A stretch of DNA of 44,190 nt, taken from positions 1-44,190 of the forward strand of contig JALAGF010006194.1 in the NCBI GenBank assembly GCA_030167865.1, in the 5' to 3' direction. Of this stretch, positions 9,872 through 19,432 are shown piece after piece (position 1 is the stretch's first letter; every line of letters starts with the position of its first letter). Origin of the DNA: Craspedostauros australis. Lineage: Eukaryota. A program made the position numbers and the translations under genes. The notes beneath the pieces were generated by a model, which did no database searches, was not told where the DNA came from, and saw only the letters and a list, made by a program, of their open reading frames with translations.

Positions 9872-11152
9872 CTACTCTATGCCCAATGCGTCGAGGAGAA
9901 CTTCTTGAGCAGCTCTGCGACCGGACAAGGCGGCTCCGTGCACAGTGGACACCTCTCCGGGATCTATGTGCTCGCCAGCGAAGTACACCTTCTTCTGAAC
10001 CGGTTTACTCAGAACGCCGAAATCCTCCGCTGTTTCGATTGGATTGAGTGTGTACGCTCCTTTTATGTACGGCTCATTGGACCAGTTCTGGACGAAGTGC
10101 TGCTTGTAGTACTTCGATGCTTTCCCGTCGTACATACCATCCAACTCTCCGAGATGGTGCTCGATGATTTCATCATCAGTGAGATCCATCAGCGTCTCGA
10201 AGCCGACGTCGAACGCGGTCACCATGTGATCGTTCGTGGGCTTGCGAAACAATCCGTCGTAGTACATCACGGGATCCTCCCGTATGTAATCCGTCAGCGG
10301 CAAGGCGTAAAATACATCGGCATAGAAACGTTCCTCGAATTCGATGAACACTTTCATTCCGTCGCCGAACTCAACGGCGTTGATTGCGTCGACCTTTTCC
10401 TGCGGGAGCGGTGGGATGAAGTCAATATCTTCCTCCTGCATGATCTTGCTGGGAACCGCCATGATCACTTGGTCGCAAGAGTACTCCACACCATCTCGCG
10501 TTGTCAACAAGATCTTGCCATCGGGCGATTCGTAATTGACCGTCTCCACCACAGTGTTCAATCGGATCCGATCCTTCACCTTGGGGGCGATGAATCTGTC
10601 GAAATATGAGTACCACGTCGTGGTCTTGAACTTGTCCTCTCTGTAGAAGTAGCGGGCGATGTTGAACTGGATGGGGCCGTAGCGATTCAGCATCTCGTAC
10701 GATTGAGGTTGATACTTGATGGTCTCGATGTCCCGAACAGCTTCGAGCTCGTCCTCCGTGTCGAACAGAATGAGATCTTGCAGGATTCTGGTGTCGCAAT
10801 GCATCCACTCGGCACCCAGATCGATCGGGACATCGACAAACCCGGTCAGTTCCCCGACGCGCCCGCCGAACCGGCTGGATGCCTCCAGGATTTCATAGTT
10901 GGTCACACCGAGATACTCCAACGTGTACGCGGCGTACAGCCCAGCGGCACCGGCTCCCACGATGATGATCTTGCCTTCGTACTCGGCTGCCTCCTCCTGG
11001 CTCAGCTTGAGTTCAGGAATGGGCACGCGCCATTGCGCCGTCGAGACCTTGGACGCAATGAATAGACTGAGGAAGATTACGAGCGCGACCGCAGAAATTC
11101 GAGTGCAAAGCAGACGCGGTCGGATTCGTTTGCAGCAGATCGTTTCGAGCAT
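9872..11152 (-). CDS. Flavin-containing amine oxidase family protein with N-terminal signal/anchor
   Basis: Rossmann motif IIIVGAGAAGLYAA, ILEASSRFGGRV, DLGAEWMH, NWSNEPYIKGAY, FAGEH...TVHGAALSGRRAA. Hydrophobic segment near residues 19-34. No introns. Confidence 0.9.
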   Translation of the reverse strand: MLETICCKRIRPRLLCTRISAVALVIFLSLFIASKVSTAQWRVPIPELKLSQEEAAEYEGKIIIVGAGAAGLYAAYTLEYLGVTNYEILEASSRFGGRVGELTGFVDVPIDLGAEWMHCDTRILQDLILFDTEDELEAVRDIETIKYQPQSYEMLNRYGPIQFNIARYFYREDKFKTTTWYSYFDRFIAPKVKDRIRLNTVVETVNYESPDGKILLTTRDGVEYSCDQVIMAVPSKIMQEEDIDFIPPLPQEKVDAINAVEFGDGMKVFIEFEERFYADVFYALPLTDYIREDPVMYYDGLFRKPTNDHMVTAFDVGFETLMDLTDDEIIEHHLGELDGMYDGKASKYYKQHFVQNWSNEPYIKGAYTLNPIETAEDFGVLSKPVQKKVYFAGEHIDPGEVSTVHGAALSGRRAAQEVLLDALGIE

Positions 11153-12258
11153 GGTGAAGAGTGGAGAGTGTTGGGATGATGTCGAAAGGGCCTGATGTTT
11201 CGCGTTATGCTGTGTTGCTGTGCCTTGATGTGTCGTACGGGATGAAGTGAAGTGAAGTGGCGCTCCGTGAAATGTCTCGTTCTTGTGATGTTACAAAGAC
11301 GGGTTGTTACGAGTGCTTTGCTTGATTGCTCGTTCAAGATTTATGCGAATGAGGATGAAGTTGAGTGAGCCATGAGCTTGTGGTGTGCTTGTTTGCTCGT
11401 TGTTCGGTACGAATGTTACTCTCCCCCACTCTAGACTCTGCTCGATGTTCTCCGGTGCTTCTTGACTCCCGCAGGCGATACCCCGACATCAAAGATAAAT
11501 GAAAAGAGTAAATCGTATAATAGATCGTACCACACGAATTGTACCAGTACCCCCATCAGTTAGTTGATCAACGTTTCGTCATCTGTGATTGTTGAGGAGG
11601 TGTGGCAGTACTAATCTTGGATCACACATCCACTCATGCACGTGTCCAATGATGCGCGGCCATCGTCATTGGTCCTCCTGCTCCGCTTTGTTTGGTTGTG
11701 ACGATTGGAAGCAAGCGCGGATTGTAGGCGGTTGCTTTGCATTCTTCACTGGTCCCGGCACGCACGGTGGTGACCGGTACCAACCCAGAACTGTCATTCG
11801 TCAAATCACACATTGTTGCAATCGAGTCTTGCACGAATCAAAATCGTTGCGATTCTGCGATGGACCAGTGCGATTGAGACTGTTTTGTTTCCAAACAGCC
11901 AAAACACAAACAGACATGAACGTGACCGGAATGAACGGAGCGGAACAATCCAACATCAATTCGCGTTGACCCCCTCCCGGATAATCCTGCAGACAAAAGA
12001 CGCCGACATGAACAAGCGTAATTCTGCTTCACGACGGAATGAGTACACAAACAAGTTCACACGTGGAAACAGTGCGACACTGTGGGCTTCCACTCCATGG
12101 CTCGTCCCTCGCACTTGACTGTGCAACAGCACTGACTTCTGCGCCAAGCAAGCAAGCAAGCAAGCCGACCAGGACTAGCCTTGGCACTCCAGTGAGTTGA
12201 TGGTATCCGTACAAGCAGGATCACTGATTGCATTCTAGAGACGCCGACACGCGCAACG

Positions 12259-15250
12259 ATGGACGGAGATGGAGACAAAGACGGAGGTTTGGGAGGACCA
12301 GGTGGTCACAGTGAAGCCAGTGACTTGCACGGTGATCCACCACCGCCACCACTATCGCGAACGGTGGAAGGCACGGGGCCCTCTGCAGATCAAGCACATT
12401 CGTTTATTCAGAATCAATGCGGTGTAGCTGATGGCCACGGTGGTCGCGATGATGCAGATCTTCGCTGCGGATCACAGGATGGGGTTTTCCACCCAGCGGC
12501 GATGCAAGCCATCATCGCAACAAGTGGACGACGTGTTTCAGCCACAGATTCCAACCGAAGCTCGGAATTCTTCGACTTAGAGGCCGAGCACGCGCAAATT
12601 CTGAAGGAGATTGAAAAGGAACGTGAAGGACAGCTAACGAATCCACAACAGAACGGCTCTACCGCCGACGGTTCAACCGATGACGGTTCAACCGAGCCTC
12701 CGCCAATGCTGATCGCGACGCCTCTGCCTCAGCACGGTGGTGCCGTAAAACTGCGTGCTTCTCAAATTCTGTCGCTGGTAGATGGTGATGAGACCATCGT
12801 CGCCAACGATGAGAATGAACACACCGACCGCCTTTCTTCCAGTCAACAAGCGGAACGAAAGCGACGTGATCACGATACGAACTACACGGTTTCTCTGGGA
12901 TACACCGAATCAACTGCAATGAGCAACACAGCGAGAATTGCGCCATCAGGGAAACAACTGCTGGCTGGAAATCTGCCAGGTGAAGAGGTCGGTGGATCGA
13001 TGACTTACCCTAAGTCTACGGGCAACACGAGCACGGAGGGCCATCTCCAGCATGCCCTATATCCGAAGTACTTCAACCAAGGGCACAAGCACAGTGGCGA
13101 TGCCGCTGACGAAAATGAGCTGTCTCGGATGCGGGCAAGCGAGCAGCAGGCTGGGCACCGTACATCATCTCGTCGAGGAGGTGACATGAGTGCCAAGCTC
13201 CAAATGGTGAGAGAAAAAGCGAGAACATCGGATGGCAGCGGACCGCAAAAGCGACAACTTCATAGACACTCCAGAGATCGTCGTAAGAGGTCGTCGGATC
13301 CGGACAGTCGCCGCCACTCACGACAAGATTTCAGCGACGGCCAGCATGACGCCGAACAGCTCGCGAATCTCGATGAAGTTGCGCTGATCGATGACGAAGT
13401 TGATGGCAGAAGACATGGAACGAAGAATGCGTTTGCTGACGATGTCACCCATGCGTCAACAGGCAACGAAAGGTCATCCCTGCTATCGGTGCTTCCGCGA
13501 GCAGGGTCGCCGGAGCACTCCGAGTATGATGGTAATGATGCACCGGGCAATGGAAGCGCATCAATTGCTCCTCTCCGCACAAACGATCAAGGTCGTGGCA
13601 ACAACAGCACCGATAACAGTACCGATGACAACACTGAAGAGGGAACGTCTGAGACAAGAATCTCTGAACCTGCTCCTCCAGCGCCGCCTCATATGCACGC
13701 TGTGTCTGCAGTCTTGGTCACCGACGATGATGCCAACCTGGATGAAAGGAGGAGCAACGCAAGACGCGAAGGCGTGGAAACAGCACGCCGCGAACTGGTT
13801 TCAGAAGATGTCGTGGCGAAGGTGACGGTTGTCGAGGAAAGACGGTTATGCAACCCGAGACTCGTCACTGTCGGAATCATCATGTTCATGGTTGTTGTCG
13901 GAGGTGTAGTTGGAGTCATCCTTGCCTTGCAATCATCTGATTCCGGCGCCCCGGCTACCTCTCCAACAAGCACGGATCGTGGCCCAGCACCGACGATGAA
14001 CTCACTCATGCCAACCACATCACTGGCCCCATCATCACTACCAACCGTATCCGCTGTTCCATCATCACAACCGACGGTATCCCTGGAACCCTCGTCACAA
14101 CCAACCATCTATTTTGCAACCGAGGCGGACAAGGAAGTCTACCTCCGGCAAACAAAAATAGCAGCAGTGGCGGGAGAAGTGTCCGGACAGGAAACCGTCA
14201 CATCGGACTTGATGAGGGCGTCAGCAGTCCAATGGTTGCAGATAAGGGATCGAACAATCACGTCGGCAACACCACGTGACATTATTGCCGAGCGGTACAT
14301 TATGGTTTTGGTGTACCTGACGATGGATGGTATCGTATGGGTTTTCGAGAACAACTTCATGGATAGGGACGAGACCACATGCCAATGGGGATCGATTGTT
14401 GATAGCTGGAGCCAACGGACCTTGTTGAAATGCGACGAAGACGATCGCATCACCGAGATCTACACAGATGGTGCCGCGATGACCTTTGTACTTCCCAGCG
14501 AAGTGGGAGCACTGGGACGCTTGGCACGCCTGGAGCTGAGCCGAAATCAAATCAGGGGGGAAATACCGACGGAATTGGGCAACCTCTCGTCGTTGACCCA
14601 TCTCGATTTGCGTACGTACGCTGTGATCAGCTTCGTGTGTTCGCAACGTTGATGCCGTTGCTGATCGTGACCGGTCATCCGCTGCTGCATAGAAATTGCC
14701 AGGGTTCTCTGCATTTCTCGCGACCATGTCACTGACACTGCTCTTACTCGTATTGTTGTTATTGTTGTTATTGTTGAAATGTATTGTACCACTTTAATCT
14801 GCTCTGCTCTTTCCCGTTGAGTCGTGCTCACACTCAACTTGGATTCAACTCTGCACTACTCCTACGTGCCCACGGCGTTCATACTCGAACCATACGTCGA
14901 TTCTTATATCAACACTACTCTCCATACGCAATCATGCGAATGGTGCAACAGATTCCAACGCATTCACCGGTGAAGTTCCCTCAGAACTGGGTCGACTAAG
15001 CAATCTTGAGGTCCTGTCCGTCAGTTCGAATGGCCGCCTCTCAGGAACTCTTCCTTCCAGCTTGGCGTCGCTGCCGCAACTGACCGAGTTGGAGGTCGAA
15101 AAAAGCGGGATTGACAACGTCCAGAACGTGTGTGACGCTGGATTGGAGATCCCCATCTTCATTGCGGACTGTTTGAAGGAGGGATTTGACTGTGATTGCT
15201 GCAGCAAGTGTTGCAAACTGGATGGTTCAAATAAACTACAGTGCGAGTAG
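12259..15250 (+). CDS. Type II membrane LRR receptor-like protein 1; exons 12259-14611 and 14952-15250
   Basis: Long disordered N-terminus, TM helix LVTVGIIMFMVVVGGVVGVILAL, S/T/P stalk, LRR N-cap (ERYIMVLVY...W...CQW...C) and plant-like LRRs (GEIPTELGNLSSLTHLDL). Phase-1 intron 14612-14951 (GTACGT...CAG) restores HSNAFTGEVPSELGRL. Ends in a Cys cap (DC...CDCCSKCC). Confidence 0.88.
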
Positions 15251-15573
15251 TGCGCCGCACGCACCCTGAACTGCATCCTGTCGATGCCATTTGCTGCAGC
15301 AAACTCGTGCTCGGAGTGCTGCGACTGCAAGACCGATGGATTAGTTTCGACTGCTCCGTGCGTTTCAGCTCTTACGACAGGGCACTCACATGTATGGTAC
15401 TGTGAGTGCTGTCCTTTCCATGGACTGGTCGAGCTAATGGCGCTCGTACGGTGACCACCAGGTCGCGCCTTTCCTGTGTATTGCGGCCTCCAAAACGACA
15501 TGGTTAGTGAATTTCCTCGTAAACTTATGGTAATATTGTATTCACCGCAACTTTCAATGTGAAGCGAACACCG

Positions 15574-16107
15574 TTATTCGTCGCCCCCAAAACCAATTGA
15601 AAGCAAGCCATGCGCATTCCTTGTTGGTGCGACAGCAAGCATCTCACCACATGCCAGGCACCACAGACGGTCTGTGGTGCCACAGAAGAAACCCTTTGCG
15701 GTTCCGATCGCCACTTCGTACCAAACGCAACCATCAACAACACCTCTCACGTCGGCAGCCAACTCTCTTGATGCAGCAGAGAAAGGACGCTGGATACAGT
15801 TGAAGTGGAAGCGTATGTAACGAAGCTTCTGGAGCTTCAGTTCATGTACCCATCCGATGGTGACACCGGGGTCCTTGATTTGCGCCGGCATGGTGGAACG
15901 GTTGCCCGACGTTTGGGTTGGGTTGGCGACGAGACCGCTTCCCTTGCGGATACGGTCGCAAAGCGTTTGCAGGTCATCATCGGAGAACATCAGAAGGTCG
16001 TCGAATGTGTTCAACCCCTGTACGCTGAGCGCTTCGCCAATGTCGGCCTTGGTAAAGCCCATGGTGTTGGTAAGGTAGTTGTATATCTTGTTGCTGTTGG
16101 TCAACAT
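15574..16107 (-). pseudogene. Truncated gag-like ORF of a second, degenerate copia/CoDi-like element
   Basis: The N-terminal ~115 aa (YL...GF...QGLNTFDDLLMFSDDDLQTLCDRIRK...PGVTIGWVHELKLQKL.Y..FH) resemble diatom copia Gag N-termini as I recall them. The ORF then runs into unrelated-looking sequence near 15750 and no pol follows. Confidence 0.55.
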
Positions 16108-16174
16108 GATGGTGTCATTCTTGTTCAGAGTGTTGTTGGAGTGCAGAAGTCAAAAGGGAAACAAGACACAGGAT

Positions 16175-16745
16175 TGTGACAGAAATCTCCGCTGGGACAA
16201 GGCGTGTTTCGTCGTGTGAGGTTTTGCAGCGTGTGTGTGTCGATGTTTCGACCCACATTGAGAAGCACGGATGCGGCGACGAGGCACACGATCTTTCACT
16301 CAGTACGAGCGCGTGTCTCAGTAGGGGTTCCGCGTGGCCTGCGGTCGGTGCGTCCACCTTGTCTTGCCATCCACACCACGCCAAAGCGAACGGTGGGAGT
16401 ACATCCCTCTGGCACCGGCCAACATGCACCAGAACATCATTGTCAAAGGGGATGCAACACGGTTTCAAGCTGTGCCGGCTCACGGCGGTCCACCCTCGGA
16501 GTGGGGTCCCAGTATTGTCATCGCCTCTTCAGGCGGTCCCTGCATGCTTGCGCATGGCCCGCGTGAGCGGATGCGTATGATAAACCAAGTTAACACACAC
16601 ATGCATTGTCATTGAGGGTTGCAAACCAAAAGGATTCAGATTATAAGGGTTACAGTGTCGTGTAGGATTGTCAGAGAGTACGCTACCCTCCCGTGGTTGG
16701 GCGATACCCATGTTCGCATGTTAACCCCGTTTTAACCGTTTCACA
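16175..16745 (-). mobile_element. Putative 5' LTR (571 bp) of the truncated element
   Basis: Bounded by TGTGA (16175) and TCACA (16745), a TG...CA terminal inverted repeat, and located 67 bp upstream of the gag-like ATG on the minus strand. No partner LTR in the window. Confidence 0.4.
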
Positions 16746-17074
16746 TGTATCCCTGTTTGCGGTGATAGTCTGTCCTGTATTGAATCTCAACTGTTTAGCA
16801 CATTCTGACTTAGTGGTCAAACGAGAATTTTAATTCGTGACTAAAATGGATGGCTGAGTCGTGATAATCCCGACTTGCATCCACCATGCTGTTCCACCTG
16901 GAATCCGTTTCTGATGCGTTTTCCATCAACCGACAAACAGCAACCACAAACACTGTTCATGTTCGTGCTTGCTGGCGCATCGCCAGGATCACAGCTACGG
17001 ACAGGAGGATCGCCATCACCGCCATTGTCGTTGTTGCCAACGTCGCCAACGCCGCCATCATCAGCAACAGTGCC

Positions 17075-18829
17075 ATGATATCACGGCACATCATCTTCAT
17101 TGCTGCGTGCGTGTCAGTCACGTTGCTCATCACAAGTACACCATCTGCTGCCTTTTGTGCGCAATGGGAGTCCACACGTGATTGTCGGGAATTGGCACGG
17201 TGGGGGCAACCGCACCATTGCAACTGCGCTCCAGCTTCAACCCTGCTGCTGGCATCATCTTCATCACCATCATCGGCGAGCGCGAAATCAAGCGTGCAAC
17301 CGAAGTCAAAAGCAAAGCCAAGAACAACGCAAACAAAAACAGAGAGAAGGACACCAGCGGCATCAACTGGAAATAAAGATATATCGACAAGCGCTGCTCC
17401 AATACCAAGAAAACCAAACTTGCATGTGCGCAGTTTGATGCACACTATTCGATCACATTTCGAGGATGCGAACAACCGTGGTGTCTCGTCCACCAAAGCC
17501 TGGGCAGCAACAAGGGCATACGTGTACTTCGCAGCGGATACCTTATCCCTCAAGCAAGCGCAAGAAGTCCTTGACTTCCTTTCATCCATCTGTCCTGCAT
17601 CGACCGCAAAGAAAGTCGTTCAGGTAGCAGCCCCAGTTCTAACAAAGGATGTGTCCAAGTTCCTTGCACCAGCATCGGAACATTTCATCAATGTATTAGG
17701 AAATGAGGCATTCCAGAAAGAGATCGATGACGATCCTCAGCACTGGCTGTCGAATGTGAAATCCTACCACTCCGAGGTGGCCTGGAACAAGCTGGTGAGA
17801 CATCTCTGTGATGACTGGGGCATGTCTTCGAGAGCCATCAACAAGCTCAAAGCTTCGACGGTGGTCATATCAACTAAATCGACAGCTAGAATCAACGCAT
17901 CTCTGACCTACTTGGATTCAGTGATGGATACAGAATGGTTGGAGAAACGAAAGAAGACGACATCCACTATCGCCGAACAGCTGATCATGCATTGGCCAAC
18001 TGCACTCTTGTCGGACACCAATGCAGTGTTGAAGCCACGCGTTGAGTATCTGATGCGACGACTGAACATGACTGAAACAGATTTCACGGTGTTCTTGAAC
18101 CGAGGTGGTGGAGGGCCATTGGCTTGTTCGTCGGAAGACAAGATCAGACCAATGTTGGAATACCTGCAAACCATGTTGAATCAGCAGGAACTGAAGAACT
18201 GTGTGATGAAGATGCCGTTCTTACTGACTTTGGCTATAGAGACTTTGCAATCCAGGGTTGAGTTCTTCGATGACATCGAACGACGCCACTTCTCACGTTG
18301 GTCTTCTCACACGCCGAACGTACAAACAGAAGTGGAAGAGCGATCGCTAGCAGTGTGCATACTCGCCACTGGACCAACTGTCTTTTCCCTCGACTTCTCA
18401 ACAAATGTTCAGCCAAAAATCGATTTCATCAGCAAAGTGTGGGGTGAAGCTTCATTGGTTCGGAACTTGCGCCAGCGGCCCACACTTATGTCGATGAATG
18501 TAGAAAGCAACCTCAAACCATCGCTCGACTTTTACAACCGAACTGGCTACGTGTTCCTGTCGGACGATTGGGAAATATGCCAACAAGAGACGGCACTGTC
18601 GCTTGCGTATGTGGCTACATCGCTGAAAAGTCGATTATTGCCACGATGGTACTTCGTTCGATCGCAGAACCCTTCGTATCGCCCATCACTGAGTTCCATT
18701 TGCACAGACACAGACGGTCGCTTTTGTAAGTGTGCAGGTCTTGATTTGGAACAGTATTTGGAGTTCAAGAAGGAGCATGGACCAGACCTTGAACTCCCAG
18801 ATCCGTCAGATCTTCAACTCGACGAGTAG
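17075..18829 (+). CDS. mTERF-family helical repeat protein, predicted plastid-targeted
   Basis: Repeated P-x-L-L...(L/I)-x-P-(R/K)-(V/I)-x-(F/Y)-L units: WPTALLSDTNAVLKPRVEYL, KIRPMLEYL, MPFLLTL..LQSRVEFF, PTVFSL..NVQPKIDFI, RPTLMSMNVESNLKPSLDFY, SLKSRLLPRW. The ATG at 17075 gives a signal peptide ending PSAA|F plus a Ser/Thr/Lys-rich transit region. Confidence 0.82.
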   Translation: MISRHIIFIAACVSVTLLITSTPSAAFCAQWESTRDCRELARWGQPHHCNCAPASTLLLASSSSPSSASAKSSVQPKSKAKPRTTQTKTERRTPAASTGNKDISTSAAPIPRKPNLHVRSLMHTIRSHFEDANNRGVSSTKAWAATRAYVYFAADTLSLKQAQEVLDFLSSICPASTAKKVVQVAAPVLTKDVSKFLAPASEHFINVLGNEAFQKEIDDDPQHWLSNVKSYHSEVAWNKLVRHLCDDWGMSSRAINKLKASTVVISTKSTARINASLTYLDSVMDTEWLEKRKKTTSTIAEQLIMHWPTALLSDTNAVLKPRVEYLMRRLNMTETDFTVFLNRGGGGPLACSSEDKIRPMLEYLQTMLNQQELKNCVMKMPFLLTLAIETLQSRVEFFDDIERRHFSRWSSHTPNVQTEVEERSLAVCILATGPTVFSLDFSTNVQPKIDFISKVWGEASLVRNLRQRPTLMSMNVESNLKPSLDFYNRTGYVFLSDDWEICQQETALSLAYVATSLKSRLLPRWYFVRSQNPSYRPSLSSICTDTDGRFCKCAGLDLEQYLEFKKEHGPDLELPDPSDLQLDE

Positions 18830-19432
18830 AAAGAGCATTCACAGCGATATCTCCCCCTACCAATATTAAGGCTATATCTCATCATGTAACGCCATTCGAC
18901 AAGCGCGAGTACGAGAATGACAACCATCCGAGTGTTGTACTGTATGAGTAGACTGCGTTGTCCAACGTTTCGTCACTCTCTGACTATCAGATGCACACTC
19001 TATTGTTTATTACTACGTGCTGCTCCACCGCCGAGAGCAATGGTGCTCAAACGTACGAGTACATGGTATTGTCTGTAGTCGTATTGGAGATAGAGAGCTG
19101 GTGGTTCTGGTTTTGCTTTTAAAATGCAACAAAGGAGAAACGCTTGTTTTTCGCCCATCTGTTCGTGTTTCGCGGAAAACACGGACATTCTCGTGAACCG
19201 GTTACCACTTCGGACGTCAACAACACCAACAATTCGGGCATCGCCACTTTCCGACATGCTGTGGCCAAGACATTGGACAGCACCTGTGACAACCTCGAAG
19301 ACACACACCATGTCCTCTCCAGTTGACACACCCATCTTCGCACGCATACCAATACAGCGGAAACCAGAATTCTTCATCGCTGTGTAGAATACAATCGACA
19401 ACACTTCCACACACACGCATACACACGTAACG

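Noticed and set aside
9689..10609. 306-aa plus-strand ORF
   Set aside because: Antisense shadow of the amine oxidase gene.
12146..12165. Short simple repeats: (CAAG)n here, (TCGGTG)n near 33665, (TTG/TTA)n near 14750
   Set aside because: Ordinary microsatellites with no evident function.
16886..17074. Upstream in-frame extension of the mTERF ORF
   Set aside because: The ATG at 17075 gives a clean signal peptide with an AA|F plastid motif, so the upstream part is probably 5' UTR.
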